A stretch of 42,473 nucleotides of DNA from a virus. Taxonomy: Duplodnaviria; Caudoviricetes. Of this stretch, positions 17,796-28,145 are shown piece by piece. The stretch's first letter is position 1. Every line of letters starts with the position of its first letter. The DNA lies in IMG/VR virus record IMGVR_UViG_3300038492_000068, positions 1 through 42,473 of that record. One strand, 5' to 3'. A model generated the notes under the pieces. It was not told the origin of the DNA. It ran no database searches and was given only the letters and a program-made list of their open reading frames with translations. Both the position numbers and the translations under genes were made by a program.

Positions 17796-18562
17796 TGCGA
17801 GAACATTTCGTAATCCCTGATACCCAAGTCAAGCCGGGGGTGCCTGTCAATCACCTCACTGCGGCGGGGAACTACATTGTAGACAAGCGTCCTGATGTAG
17901 TGGTCCACATGGGAGACCATTGGGATATGCAGTCCCTGTCCTCCTATGACCGGGGTACTAAGAAGGCTGAGGGGCGTCGGTATAACGACGATATAGAGGC
18001 CGGACTCAAGGGTATGGAAGCCCTACTGAAGCCGATCAAGAAGCTACAACGCAAGCAGAAACGTCAGAAGATCAAGCAATACAAGCCTCGTATGGTTTTC
18101 CTACTCGGGAACCACGAGCAGCGGATCGAACGACACGCCCAAGCTAACCCCGAGCTAGAAGGTAAGGTCAGCTATGACGACCTCAAGCTGGAGAAGTCAG
18201 GTTGGGAAGTACATGATTTCCGTGAACCGGTGAATGTGGATGGTGTGTGGTACGCCCACTACTTCTACAACCCGATGACCGGTCGTCCCTACGGTGGGCG
18301 GATTCACACCCGTCTACAAAACCTGGGTTTCTCATTCACAATGGGACACCAGCAAGGACTTGAGACTGCGATCAAGGCACTGAACAATGGCAAAACCATT
18401 CGCGGCCTGATCTGCGGGTCCTTCTACCAGCACGACGAGGACTATAAAGGTCCTCAGGGCAATGACCACTGGCGAGGGTGTATCTACAAGCACGAGGTCC
18501 GTGACGGTACCTATGATATTATGGAGCTGTCTCTACGGTACCTACTACGAGAATGGCAGTAA
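17795..18562 (+). CDS. Calcineurin-like metallophosphoesterase
   Basis: PDTQ, GDHWD, GNHE, MGHQQ motifs; likely GTG start 17795. Confidence 0.85.
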   Translation: MREHFVIPDTQVKPGVPVNHLTAAGNYIVDKRPDVVVHMGDHWDMQSLSSYDRGTKKAEGRRYNDDIEAGLKGMEALLKPIKKLQRKQKRQKIKQYKPRMVFLLGNHEQRIERHAQANPELEGKVSYDDLKLEKSGWEVHDFREPVNVDGVWYAHYFYNPMTGRPYGGRIHTRLQNLGFSFTMGHQQGLETAIKALNNGKTIRGLICGSFYQHDEDYKGPQGNDHWRGCIYKHEVRDGTYDIMELSLRYLLREWQ

Positions 18563-18616
18563 GGAAACGATGGCCCCGTCGTGATAGGATCGACGGGGTC
18601 TTATATGAGGACTGGT

Positions 18617-19153
18617 ATGAACAGCAAATCAAAGAACTCGAATCCAAAGCAACAGTACGGCGATCTAAAGCTCCCGGTACACCGGGTGCCTCCAATCGCC
18701 CTAGCGTACCTCGCAATGGGGTGCGGAGAGGGAGCCCGTAAGTACGGCCCCTTCAACTGGCGGGAGATCGATATTGAAGCAATGACCTATATCGGGGCTG
18801 CGCTTCGTCACATTATGGCGTGGATCGACGGGGAAGATATAGACCCTGAGTCAGGAAACCCCCATATCGCTCACGCAATGGCGTCTCTGGCGATATTAGC
18901 CGACGCCTATGAACGAGGGAACCTTATAGATGATCGCCCCGCAGAGGGGCCTGTAGGCTCTCTCATCCGCAAGGAAGCAGAAAGGAGAAAAGCAGAAAAT
19001 GAGCAAGCAAAGCAGGCGATGGAGCCGACTGAAGAACGCTCGAACCCGGAGCATAGCTCTGAATGGGAAGTATTTCAAAATGGCCGGACGGTCCGCTGGG
19101 ACGAGGCGAACTTACGCTATGTGCCGGTCATCGGGACAGGTAGTAAGGATTGA
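18617..19153 (+). CDS. dATP/dGTP diphosphohydrolase domain protein (DUF5664-like)
   Basis: GARKYGPFNW, YIGAALRH, DPESGNPHIAHA. Confidence 0.85.
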   Translation: MNSKSKNSNPKQQYGDLKLPVHRVPPIALAYLAMGCGEGARKYGPFNWREIDIEAMTYIGAALRHIMAWIDGEDIDPESGNPHIAHAMASLAILADAYERGNLIDDRPAEGPVGSLIRKEAERRKAENEQAKQAMEPTEERSNPEHSSEWEVFQNGRTVRWDEANLRYVPVIGTGSKD

Positions 19154-19156
19154 AAA

Positions 19157-19420
19157 ATGAAACAGACTAAACTAGAATCATGGATTGAGGCGACGATGAA
19201 TATCGTATCCGGTTTCCTAATCTCCATGCTGATGTGGATGTTTGTAGTGGAGCCAGCCATTCGAGTAGGGTGGTTAGAGATGACTGATGCTTTTGAGATC
19301 ACGATGATCTTCACAGTCACTTCGTTACTCCGCAGTTTCTTCTGGCGTAGGTATTTTAACGCCGGACAACACAAGGTTGCCGCTAATCTAGCGAGGAAGG
19401 TAGTTAATGCGTGTAAGTAA
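19157..19420 (+). CDS. Small phage membrane protein
   Basis: KQTKLESWIEA..N...GF and FTVTSLLRSFFWRR.FN pattern; 2 TM segments. Confidence 0.75.
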   Translation: MKQTKLESWIEATMNIVSGFLISMLMWMFVVEPAIRVGWLEMTDAFEITMIFTVTSLLRSFFWRRYFNAGQHKVAANLARKVVNACK

Positions 19421-19844
19421 TTGGATGAAGCTAAGTTTTAAGCCGGACCTAGTACTTGGGACGTATATGTCTCGATGGCACGTCTTGCCCAAGAACCGAT
19501 GGTTCAATATCTATCTCCATCGATTCACAGACAGCGACTTCGACCGGGCCCTTCACGACCACCCGTGGTGGAGCTGGAGTATTCTCTTGAAAGGTTTTCT
19601 TGGAGAGACTTACCGAAGAAGCCCTTATGATTATAAACAATTCAGGTTTATTCGTAGGTTCTTGCCTTATTTCAGATCAAAAGATCATCTTCACATAATG
19701 CATCTAAGGTCTGACGTAGGCTGGACAATCTTCATTACTGGTTCCAAGACAAAGGAGTGGGGATTCGAATACCCCCACGTTGGGGAGTGGATGCACAACA
19801 GGGAGTTTCTTGATAAATTCAAACCGGAGCAACTCAATGCATGA
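19407..19844 (+). CDS. Cupin-fold phage protein
   Basis: NIYLHRF..SD..RALHDHPW, WTIFITG..KEWGF. Confidence 0.7.
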   Translation: MRVSNWMKLSFKPDLVLGTYMSRWHVLPKNRWFNIYLHRFTDSDFDRALHDHPWWSWSILLKGFLGETYRRSPYDYKQFRFIRRFLPYFRSKDHLHIMHLRSDVGWTIFITGSKTKEWGFEYPHVGEWMHNREFLDKFKPEQLNA

Positions 19845-20112
19845 AGAAACTGGAGACGAACTGCGGGCGATGCAGAAAGTTAAAAGGGTACAGTGGGCGC
19901 GTGAGCACCCTGTTCAGTGTTTCTTTAAGAACCTTGGCACCCTAGTCGTGGTCGTCCCGGCGCTGGTACTTATTGTAATTGCAATCTGTGCTGCCATCTT
20001 CGGATTGGCATGGGCTTGGGTGAACTATCCCGCATGGCTATTCGGAATAGTAGTTCCAGTGGGCTTGATCACTTTCGCCGTGTTTATGACGAAGGACGAC
20101 CAGTCCTACTAA
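19837..20112 (+). CDS. Membrane protein with 2 TM segments
   Basis: Track 19780..20112; ATG 19837 with GGAG RBS. Confidence 0.65.
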   Translation: MHEETGDELRAMQKVKRVQWAREHPVQCFFKNLGTLVVVVPALVLIVIAICAAIFGLAWAWVNYPAWLFGIVVPVGLITFAVFMTKDDQSY

Positions 20113-20131
20113 CTTTTCACTCACGCATAAG

Positions 20132-20162
20132 AAAGGCCCCCGTAATTGGGGGCCTTTTTTTT
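20132..20162. terminator. Bidirectional terminator between the convergent genome arms
   Basis: AAAGGCCCCC-GTAATT-GGGGGCCTTTTTTTT. Confidence 0.9.
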
Positions 20163-20174
20163 GTGCCTAATATC

Positions 20175-20564
20175 TTAGGTGTTTGTACCTCGCCAGCTTT
20201 GCACGGCGTCCTTCAGTTTCCCGCCAAAGCGAATACCAAATGAAGCCAGAACAATCGTAACGAGTACGTAGATGTACCATTCGGGCATGGTCTTTAGACC
20301 GTCGAATCCGGCTTGCGCGCGCTCTGCTCCGCCCGGAAGGAAGCACATGATCACCGGAATCGACCACACCACTGTCCAGAACTCGTCTTTCCATGAGGTA
20401 TTCGACCCCCTTGCGTGAATCTGTTCCCAGTCCGCAATATTGTCAGAAGCTTTCTCTACGACCCGAGCTTCACTCTCTACCTTCGTCTGCTTTAGCTTAG
20501 CCTTAGCTTCGAGGTGAGACTTACCCAGACCTAGGGCTCCCATTAGTAATTGTACCCAAGGCAT
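20175..20564 (-). CDS. Putative holin
   Basis: SWKDEFW, TM segments, MPEWY...ASFG; adjacent to the endolysin. Confidence 0.7.
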   Translation of the reverse strand: MPWVQLLMGALGLGKSHLEAKAKLKQTKVESEARVVEKASDNIADWEQIHARGSNTSWKDEFWTVVWSIPVIMCFLPGGAERAQAGFDGLKTMPEWYIYVLVTIVLASFGIRFGGKLKDAVQSWRGTNT

Positions 20565-20899
20565 TATCTTCTCCCTTGATGTTCGAGGCTGTAATGGTTG
20601 CCGTCATTGAAGCGACCACCCCATGCACCTCCCATCTCTTCCCACTTCTTGCCTAACGGCTCGTGGTCTGAGGTGTTACGGAGGTACTTGCCTTCCTTAA
20701 ATAGGTTCAGGTCTATAGCCAGTCTGATCTTGTGATTGGACCGACTTCTCCCGTACCCCTTACTCTCGCCCACATACCCGAAGACCCGAGGGTCCCGGTA
20801 AGCATCGCCGAACGTCACCTCATAGCCCTGATCGTAGGCCCATAGGATTAGCTCCGCAATCATGCGGGAGAACTTACGTTGTTTCTGTCCTAGTGTCAT
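20564..20899 (-). CDS. Endolysin, M15 family L-Ala-D-Glu peptidase-like
   Basis: GDAYR, SNHKIRLAIDLN, WGGRF.DGNHYS. Confidence 0.9.
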   Translation of the reverse strand: MTLGQKQRKFSRMIAELILWAYDQGYEVTFGDAYRDPRVFGYVGESKGYGRSRSNHKIRLAIDLNLFKEGKYLRNTSDHEPLGKKWEEMGGAWGGRFNDGNHYSLEHQGRR

Positions 20900-21126
20900 T
20901 CTCGTTCCTCAAGTAGAAGTTGGTAGATACGATCCACCTTCCCCTCAAGCTGATTAAGCTCGTCCAGTAAGGTCTTGTCATTATCCTTATTATTCTCAAC
21001 CTGAGTGACAGCAGAGGCCACCTCAGCGCGAAGGTCTACCCACGCCCCGACTCCCGCGCCCAAGAGGGCGAGGAAAGCTAAGAAGGTGGCAAGGGACATG
21101 GTCTTTTCTTCAGTTCTTACAATCAT
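20896..21126 (-). CDS. Small TM plus coiled-coil lysis-region protein
   Basis: N-terminal TM segment, coiled C-terminus, lysis cassette position. Confidence 0.6.
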   Translation of the reverse strand: MIVRTEEKTMSLATFLAFLALLGAGVGAWVDLRAEVASAVTQVENNKDNDKTLLDELNQLEGKVDRIYQLLLEERE

Positions 21127-24100
21127 TCCGGAATCCTTGATTCGATTACTTTGCCCAGAGGCGGAGCAATCTTGAGAGCATCTCTCGGAGAACCAACAGC
21201 ATCCAGCAGGACTGTCGGCGGAGCAGCCAGTTTGAGCAGAGCTTCGCCCACTCCAGACTGTTGTGCGTCTTGCAGGATATAGCGGTTAGCACCAAGAAGT
21301 TTGAGATAATTGTTCATCACAACTTCTGGCACAGTCTCATCCCTACCAAGAATAAAGTTCTTAGCGGAGTCAACTCCACCGTTCATTGTCACGAACAGCG
21401 AGCTTAGCTTGGCCGCATTCGCGGTGGCACCACGGATGTCCCCGGCCCGAGCCTTGTTATAAATGTCCTTGCGCATTACGTCAAACAGTTTAAGTGTGAA
21501 GGATTGCAGCATGTACGCTACTCGTCCGTCCGGGTGACGCAGATAGCGCTCAGGGAGGGCAGAGACAGCGATAGGCTGTACACCTTCCAGTTCGTTCCAC
21601 AGCATGAAGCCAATATCTTCTCGGTTAGTGTCGTCAATCTTCTTAAACCCCTGCACCTTATTGAACAGCTCCTCTGTACGAGGGGCTGCTGCTCCCGGTG
21701 CAGCGTCGGGATCGAAGATCGGACGCCAGCGCGTCAGGAAGTCTTCCTTGCTCATCTGTTGGTTCTTTCGCATAGCGCTTTGGATGAAGGTGTTCTTCCC
21801 CAATTTGTCAACAGCTTGGAACCCAGAGTATTTCAGGGACCAGTTGAGCAGGTCGCGTGTGCCTGTGCGAGACGCAAAGTCAGTGGCAGCGTTTCGAATA
21901 CCCAGTAGGGTTTCTTTATCAAGACCACGGTCAGCCTTGCCACGAGACATGATGTTCTCCATTACAGACACGGCAGTGTTACGTACCCCGTTACGGTGGG
22001 CAGACAGGGCAATATCGCCGAACTGAGTCATAGCAGAAAGCGGGTTGCCCAGCAGTCCGGCGTATGTCAGGTTCTTGAAGTTCTGCACCAGCTTGCTGGG
22101 GGCCTGTTCACCGGGACCAAAGCGCATACGGATAAGCTGAGTTACCTCTTCGAGTTGATCCTCGTCGAGTTCTCCGCGCTTGAGTTGATCCTTCAGTCGA
22201 GCGGCTACACTGTCGATGTTCTCGGCATTAGGTCCGAGGTCATCTACCTTCACTCCTTGGCCTTGGAAGAAACGACGACGCTCCACCTGAGTCGTGATTG
22301 ACTCGATGTAATCGTTGAAGCTCTCGTGCAATCCAGCATAGGCGTCCACGTTCTTGTCATTAACCTTTACAGTACGCTTCTTTAGGTTGGCAGACGCACG
22401 CCCGAAGTGGGTTTGGTCTGGACCACGAGTCAGCGCACCATTAATCACTTGAGTAATGGCGGTTTCTTTTTCGAAATCAGTGAGCTTCACACCCTTCTTC
22501 TTAGCCAGTTGGCCTAGGTAGGTACGGACCTCTTCAATATTCTCGAACTGAGACGGGTCTGTAACCATACGAGGGAAGTAGTTAGCACGCAGGTCACGGC
22601 CTAGGTCTACCTCTCCGAGGTATCGGCCGACATCAGAAAGTAGAGACTCCATCTCTTCAACAGCACCTACAGTATCGCTCTTTCCAATGCCTTGTAGATA
22701 GGCCTTACCGGCCTTAGTGCTGTTCATCATAGCAATCTTAAACTTGCGCATTTGAACATCAGTGAGGCCAGCGTCATCGAGGCGTTTGAAGATACGGTCA
22801 CCTTGACCGATCCACTGTCCTGATCTGAAGTGTTGCCCGAACTCGGCTTCCTTCAGAGCCACAGCCACACGAGGGGCGAGCTGCTCCAGTCGGGTCATGG
22901 TTGATCCCATGAACTCGTCCAGAACTTTACGTCCGTCTTGTAGAACCTTGGCGATAGTCTGCCCGCTGAAGTCCTTGAGCTTGGTAGCGCGGCTTACTTC
23001 CGCCACATACGCTGAGCCAGCTCGGTCAGCTTCTCGCATAACTTGACGCTGCTTGTTCGTTGTGAGTCTATCCAGTTGGCGAGGAAGCAGACGACCGGCA
23101 ACACCACCAGTGATAGCACCTGCTGCAATTGCAACGGGATCGCCATCGCTTGCAGAGCCGCCAATAGCAGCACCAACGCCAGCCCCGGCAATAGTATTGA
23201 CCAAATCATTTTGGATGAATCCCTCTTGTCCCTTTCTCACCTTAGCAGCCTGACCTTTAGCCATAGCAGCAATCTGCGGCTTGGTCAGTCTCTTAATTTG
23301 AGACTCAGTGAGGGTATTCCCTCCTAGGTCTTTGATGTCTTCCGCAATCTGTGCTTTAGTATTACCCTTGAGAGTACCTCTCATTCTCTCATCGGAATAC
23401 TTTTCAGCAATTACCTTTTGCAGTTCTTGAGACTCTGCCGCTCTTTGTCGGGCAGCAACTTGGGCCGGACTACTCTTCGGAGGGCTGAGTTGATCTTGTA
23501 CAGCCTTTTGGAATCCTTTCCCGGCGATCAGGTCCTTGGTCGCAGCCGTAGCTTGACGCTCAAGGATTGCGATGGCACGAGCTTCGTCGGCCTTTCGGGC
23601 ACTACGTAGGGCAGCTTCGATGCGTTCTTTCTTACGGGCAGCGTTCCGGGTGAAGACTTGAGCCTTACGCAGGGCAGCCTGGGCCGCAGCACGAGGGGCC
23701 TTGGCAGCCTCACGAGCGCGCTCCATACCACGACCTACTGATCCTTTCAGTAAATCTGTAGCAGCTTGTGGCACGCCTCTGATAGGTGTACGACCTGCAT
23801 TCTGGAAATCAGCAGCGCTTAGCCCCCGCTCCGACAGGGACGCACGAGGGTCCACGGCACGGGCACGAGGGGCAGGCAGGGCCAGTTGTCGCTGGTCTGT
23901 GAGCAGGCGCTGTCCTTGTCTTTGGGCAGGGGCAGGGAGGAAGAGCTGTTTTGCTGAGCGAGCTGCGTCATCTGCGGCGTCTTGAGCTGCGGCACGACGA
24001 GGCCCACCTTGAACAAGGCGACGGAACAGACCACCAAGGCCTGCCCCGATACCAATGTCTAGTAATCTTGACTGTTCTTCCACATCCTCGTGGAAAAATC

Positions 24101-24461
24101 CTGAGCTAGCGAGACCGCCAAGAGCAGTAGCTGCGCGAACAGAACCACCAAACGGAACCGCAAAGAGGGCTCCAGCCTCACCAATGAACTCACTCGCTTG
24201 CGCACCTGAGAGCTGTTGATCGTCAAAGCTTGCTTCACGTAGAATATCCTCGTCTTGCTTGAGCTGCTGCGTGACGAATTCAGCATGGCCCTCTGGTTCT
24301 AGGCCAATAGCTTCCTTGAACTCGGCAATAGCTTGCTCGAATCCGTGACCGGCACGGGTCGCACCGATGATCATGTTGTCAATCTGTCCTGAATCGACAA
24401 GCTCGGAGAAGCTGAAATCGTCCTCAGCCTCCGGGGCGTCGATTGTTGGGAAGTCTGCCAT
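21123..24461 (-). CDS. Large internal virion / DNA ejection protein
   Basis: 1112 aa, Ala-rich and helical with hydrophobic Gly/Ala segments; last of three injection-type genes. Confidence 0.7.
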   Translation of the reverse strand: MADFPTIDAPEAEDDFSFSELVDSGQIDNMIIGATRAGHGFEQAIAEFKEAIGLEPEGHAEFVTQQLKQDEDILREASFDDQQLSGAQASEFIGEAGALFAVPFGGSVRAATALGGLASSGFFHEDVEEQSRLLDIGIGAGLGGLFRRLVQGGPRRAAAQDAADDAARSAKQLFLPAPAQRQGQRLLTDQRQLALPAPRARAVDPRASLSERGLSAADFQNAGRTPIRGVPQAATDLLKGSVGRGMERAREAAKAPRAAAQAALRKAQVFTRNAARKKERIEAALRSARKADEARAIAILERQATAATKDLIAGKGFQKAVQDQLSPPKSSPAQVAARQRAAESQELQKVIAEKYSDERMRGTLKGNTKAQIAEDIKDLGGNTLTESQIKRLTKPQIAAMAKGQAAKVRKGQEGFIQNDLVNTIAGAGVGAAIGGSASDGDPVAIAAGAITGGVAGRLLPRQLDRLTTNKQRQVMREADRAGSAYVAEVSRATKLKDFSGQTIAKVLQDGRKVLDEFMGSTMTRLEQLAPRVAVALKEAEFGQHFRSGQWIGQGDRIFKRLDDAGLTDVQMRKFKIAMMNSTKAGKAYLQGIGKSDTVGAVEEMESLLSDVGRYLGEVDLGRDLRANYFPRMVTDPSQFENIEEVRTYLGQLAKKKGVKLTDFEKETAITQVINGALTRGPDQTHFGRASANLKKRTVKVNDKNVDAYAGLHESFNDYIESITTQVERRRFFQGQGVKVDDLGPNAENIDSVAARLKDQLKRGELDEDQLEEVTQLIRMRFGPGEQAPSKLVQNFKNLTYAGLLGNPLSAMTQFGDIALSAHRNGVRNTAVSVMENIMSRGKADRGLDKETLLGIRNAATDFASRTGTRDLLNWSLKYSGFQAVDKLGKNTFIQSAMRKNQQMSKEDFLTRWRPIFDPDAAPGAAAPRTEELFNKVQGFKKIDDTNREDIGFMLWNELEGVQPIAVSALPERYLRHPDGRVAYMLQSFTLKLFDVMRKDIYNKARAGDIRGATANAAKLSSLFVTMNGGVDSAKNFILGRDETVPEVVMNNYLKLLGANRYILQDAQQSGVGEALLKLAAPPTVLLDAVGSPRDALKIAPPLGKVIESRIPE

Positions 24462-25795
24462 TATCTGAATCGTCCTGTAATACGTCCGGCTGTGCCGAGC
24501 GTCTTCTTTGCCTCTTCTTTCTTAGTCGAACCTACACGACGCAGGTACTTAACCGCTTGCTGGGCATCGGCCCATCTTCGCCAATCACCTGTAGACTGTA
24601 GCTCTTCAAGGTGCTGAGCTATACGAGCTTCGCGGAAGTCCTCGTCATCGCCTGCTCCGAGGAAGATACCTACAGTTTGCGGGGCCTCACGAAGGAACTG
24701 CCAATGACGGGCGTGACTTTCGAAGAGTTCATTATTGAAACGGAACCCACGGGACTCTAGGTCTTTGCGGATTTCTTCGTCAGTTTTGTTTGCGATACGT
24801 CCGAAGGCGTCGAGTGCAGCGACAGGTTCAAGACCTCCCATACGGAACTCATCCTTCTTCGGATCACCAATGACCAACTTACCTGCTCGGGCCGCAGCCG
24901 AAGCGATAGCAGCTTGCTGCGCATCATTGTCATCAATGTTCCCACTCAGAGTGCCAAGGTCGGAAGCATCCACTTCACCGCTCACTTCCACGTCAGCCCC
25001 AGCAATACCTAGGCCTGTATCAACGTCAGTTTCGAGTCCTCTCCCTCGGGCGTAGATGCCAAAGGCTTGTCGTAGGTACTCGTTGTCGCTGAACATTTCA
25101 CGTTTGATACCAGCATTGTCAATCTCTTTACGACCGAAAGCGTCAATCAGGGAGCGACGGTGAGCTGTCTTGAGCTGGTTCGCCACCGACTGTACCTGTC
25201 CCACGAGAGGGGCTAGGTCTTCTGTGTCTGTGTCAATCAGTCCGGAGAACTCAGGGCGGCTGGCTAGACGGGCAATCATATTAGTTGCCTCTGTCTCGTC
25301 CACGTCTACGTCCCCTAGCAGTTGGCTAGGCAGATCAAGACCCTCGACAGTAGCGGTGTCGCTGACTTCACCGATCTTTCGAATCTTATTATCTGAGTCA
25401 ACTTGGTAAATGAAGCGCTTCGTAGTATCCCCGACTTGCTGGTCTAGAGTGAAGACGCGCCCGCCTTGGACCTTAGGTTGCTTAGTAGGAGGTAGGGCAC
25501 TCAGGAATTTGAACGCCTGCTCTTGGAACCCGGCAGTGTTGAGGTCGTTAGCAGCCTTGACGATAGAATCGGCATCGTCGAAGTTCACGCCCTTGACAAT
25601 ACTTTGGATAGTAGCAGCATCACGGACAGCTTGTGACCGCGTGTCTGCTCCGAACGCTCGTTGGGCTACATTGCCCAGCTCATTACCGAGACCGAACAGG
25701 CTGCCTGATACTGCGTTGCCAAAATTAGAGCCAACGCTCTGAGTACGAGCCCGCTCTGCTGCGGCGATTTGTTCAGGGGTTGCGAATAATGCCAT
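24461..25795 (-). CDS. Internal virion protein
   Basis: 444 aa; position between ejection-type genes. Confidence 0.6.
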   Translation of the reverse strand: MALFATPEQIAAAERARTQSVGSNFGNAVSGSLFGLGNELGNVAQRAFGADTRSQAVRDAATIQSIVKGVNFDDADSIVKAANDLNTAGFQEQAFKFLSALPPTKQPKVQGGRVFTLDQQVGDTTKRFIYQVDSDNKIRKIGEVSDTATVEGLDLPSQLLGDVDVDETEATNMIARLASRPEFSGLIDTDTEDLAPLVGQVQSVANQLKTAHRRSLIDAFGRKEIDNAGIKREMFSDNEYLRQAFGIYARGRGLETDVDTGLGIAGADVEVSGEVDASDLGTLSGNIDDNDAQQAAIASAAARAGKLVIGDPKKDEFRMGGLEPVAALDAFGRIANKTDEEIRKDLESRGFRFNNELFESHARHWQFLREAPQTVGIFLGAGDDEDFREARIAQHLEELQSTGDWRRWADAQQAVKYLRRVGSTKKEEAKKTLGTAGRITGRFR

Positions 25796-26676
25796 TATCT
25801 ACCTACCTGTCCCCCAGCATTAAGCTGATCAAGGGAGAATAGAGGACGTGTTAGTCCCGCGGAAGGTTGTGAGTTAAACAGTCCTTCCAGTCCTGTAGTA
25901 ATTCCGCCGATACCTGAGTTCACAAGGCCAGCGCCAAGAGCTGCGCCCGGAGATAGAGGTGATACGGCTGAACCACCGCCACCTTGAGCGGCAGCAAGTG
26001 AGCTGAATAGGCCAGAAGCTGTGTTCTGAATATTTAGTCCACCGGTCAGCGCTTCGCTGCTCAGACCCATGAACATGCTACGAAGGGCAGGGTCGAGTTG
26101 CAGCAGGCCGGAGCCGATGTTGAATTGCTGAGCTTGACTGGCGAGTCCTAATCCCAGGCTGTCCGCAAGCAGCTTACGTCGTGAGTCCTCCTGAGAATCC
26201 AGCAGGGTTCCGAACTCAAGGTTGCCACCGGTCCCACCGAGTCGGCCTTGAGAGAACAGACGGCCCTCAAGAGCTAGTCGATCCTGCTCCTGCTGCTCCG
26301 AAAGCAGAGGGTTCAGAATATTGAACTGAAGCTCCATAATCTCTTCTGGAGAGAAGGCACCGAGACTAGATAGGAAATCCATACCCATCTGCCCGGCTAG
26401 GTCAGCAGCACTGTTATTCTCAGCCATACTTAGGAAATTTCCAGAGGAACCAAATAGCCCTCCCTGAAGGTCCAGCAGGGCACCAGAAGCACCTGCGCTT
26501 AGGTGATCTAGGCCTTTAGCTTTATCAGCCGAGGCTTGGAAAAATGGATTACCTGCGAGATGAAACTCAGCCGCACGGCCACCTGATCCTTCGGGCGGTT
26601 TACTGTCGCCGCCGAAAAGGGAACCGATAGCGCTTGTTGCTGCGCCGACGCCGATCTGTGTTAGGGGGTCTACCAT
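25795..26676 (-). CDS. Internal virion / DNA injection protein
   Basis: Gly/Ala/Ser/Gln-rich; LEGRLFSQGRLGGTGG; hydrophobic N-terminus. Confidence 0.65.
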   Translation of the reverse strand: MVDPLTQIGVGAATSAIGSLFGGDSKPPEGSGGRAAEFHLAGNPFFQASADKAKGLDHLSAGASGALLDLQGGLFGSSGNFLSMAENNSAADLAGQMGMDFLSSLGAFSPEEIMELQFNILNPLLSEQQEQDRLALEGRLFSQGRLGGTGGNLEFGTLLDSQEDSRRKLLADSLGLGLASQAQQFNIGSGLLQLDPALRSMFMGLSSEALTGGLNIQNTASGLFSSLAAAQGGGGSAVSPLSPGAALGAGLVNSGIGGITTGLEGLFNSQPSAGLTRPLFSLDQLNAGGQVGR

Positions 26677-26689
26677 AGTCTATTATACC

Positions 26690-27427
26690 TTAATCAGTAA
26701 AACTGAACATCGGAGTGAAATCGGCCCCGTAAAGGGAGACACTCGATACAGTGAAGTAAATTTGAATGAGCCCATCTGAACTCACGGGTAGTAGGACAAA
26801 AGACGTGAGTCCTTGAATTGTACCGGACCCATCGTCTTGAATCCCGTAGTGAAGTAGTAGGTTGTTATTTCCAGCAGTGGGGCTACTAGCATCCCCGGAG
26901 GCTACATAGATTTTAGTGTTACCTTCGGTACCGGAGCTGACTTTTCCTGTCATTAGGATAATGCCGCCTACAACACGGGCACCGTCCTTCAAGAAATTGT
27001 CCCAAGATGAGTATTCATAATCGGCTCCCGAGCCTACCCCCCCGACAGTGAACCAAGAATCTTCTTCTCTGGCTAGAGAGATGGAGTTAGAAGAGACACT
27101 CTTTCCGTTGTGCACGTGAAGTCCACCAGCTCGTGTGAAGTTGGCACTGTCCACTGCCTCTTCTCCCACCTTCAGGTCGAGAGAAGTTTGAACAACACCA
27201 GTTAGGCTGTCGAGATTTGATGAAGCCACGCCACTGTCGGCGAGATTTCCGTCACTGTCTAGCTCAATGAGGTTTCCGTTAGTCGGAGAAGTGACCTCGT
27301 CTGCCTTAGTGGCTACCGCTGTAGCAATGGCTGAGTATTCAGTGTCGAATTCAGGAGCTTCCACGATGTCTTCATTAGCATCCTTTCCCGCCCCATCAAA
27401 AGTTTTAACATAATCACTCATTGACAA
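26690..27427 (-). CDS. Tail appendage/fibre paralog 3
   Basis: Shares an N-terminal ~100-aa domain with the two adjacent genes. Confidence 0.65.
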   Translation of the reverse strand: MSMSDYVKTFDGAGKDANEDIVEAPEFDTEYSAIATAVATKADEVTSPTNGNLIELDSDGNLADSGVASSNLDSLTGVVQTSLDLKVGEEAVDSANFTRAGGLHVHNGKSVSSNSISLAREEDSWFTVGGVGSGADYEYSSWDNFLKDGARVVGGIILMTGKVSSGTEGNTKIYVASGDASSPTAGNNNLLLHYGIQDDGSGTIQGLTSFVLLPVSSDGLIQIYFTVSSVSLYGADFTPMFSFTD

Positions 27428-28145
27428 ATCCTTTGTAGAAAAGTTCTAGAGTAGTAATAGTTCCTGGGTTTAGGAGCCAACGGAACTTAAAAATTTGATC
27501 GCCAGAAACCGGAATAATCATAAACACTGTGCTAGTGAAAATCTCACCTGATGCATCGCTATCTGCTACGTGCCAGACAGGTCGGTTGGAAACACCAGTG
27601 CTGGGAGATTCATCATCTCCAATAGTGTAGTGGCATGTGAAACTTGAAGTAGCCGTCGATGAGGCTGTCCAGTCGTAGTGAATATACACCATGACCCCTG
27701 TAGCAGTGGAGGGCATGTCATCCATGTCTGCCCAGATGTTATCGGCACCTGATCCTGTTGGACCTACAGACTCCCAAGTGTCCTCAGTGATTACGCTGTG
27801 GGCTTGCAGGGCAGTAAGTCCAGTGGTTCCGTCATGAAAGTGAAAGTTCCCGGCCCGAATGTGGTTAGTTGGGGCAGAGACCAGAGGTCCTACTTTAGCG
27901 TCGAGCTGGGTCTGAATGTTAGATGTTAGTCCATCTAAGTTGGCGGATGCAATGCCACTGTCCACCAGCTCTCCGTTGGCGTTCATCTCCGCTAGGTTGC
28001 CTGTAGTGGGGGAGGACACCTTGTTTGATTTGGAATTGATCGCGGTTGAAATGAGGTCAAGCTCTGTGTCGTGGTCCGCTGCGAGGATGTCAGACTCATT
28101 GGTCTTCTTCTCAGTCCAGTTTTGGCTCTTAGTGTAATCAGTCAT
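27414..28145 (-). CDS. Tail appendage/fibre paralog 2
   Basis: Start placed at MTDYTKS (28145) by alignment to its paralogs; track 27414..28238. Confidence 0.65.
   Translation of the reverse strand: MTDYTKSQNWTEKKTNESDILAADHDTELDLISTAINSKSNKVSSPTTGNLAEMNANGELVDSGIASANLDGLTSNIQTQLDAKVGPLVSAPTNHIRAGNFHFHDGTTGLTALQAHSVITEDTWESVGPTGSGADNIWADMDDMPSTATGVMVYIHYDWTASSTATSSFTCHYTIGDDESPSTGVSNRPVWHVADSDASGEIFTSTVFMIIPVSGDQIFKFRWLLNPGTITTLELFYKGFVNE

Noticed and set aside
18553-18741. 62-aa ORF overlapping the diphosphohydrolase gene
   Set aside because: Mostly nested in another frame of a well-supported gene; there is not enough evidence to call it.
18617-19153. Z-genome (2-aminoadenine) or 7-deazaguanine pathway
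   Set aside because: No PurZ, FolE/QueCDE or DpdA-like gene was recognised in the window.
1-20112. T7-like single-subunit RNA polymerase or integrase
   Set aside because: No ORF with these motifs is present; the phage appears to use host RNAP plus its own sigma factor and to be lytic.
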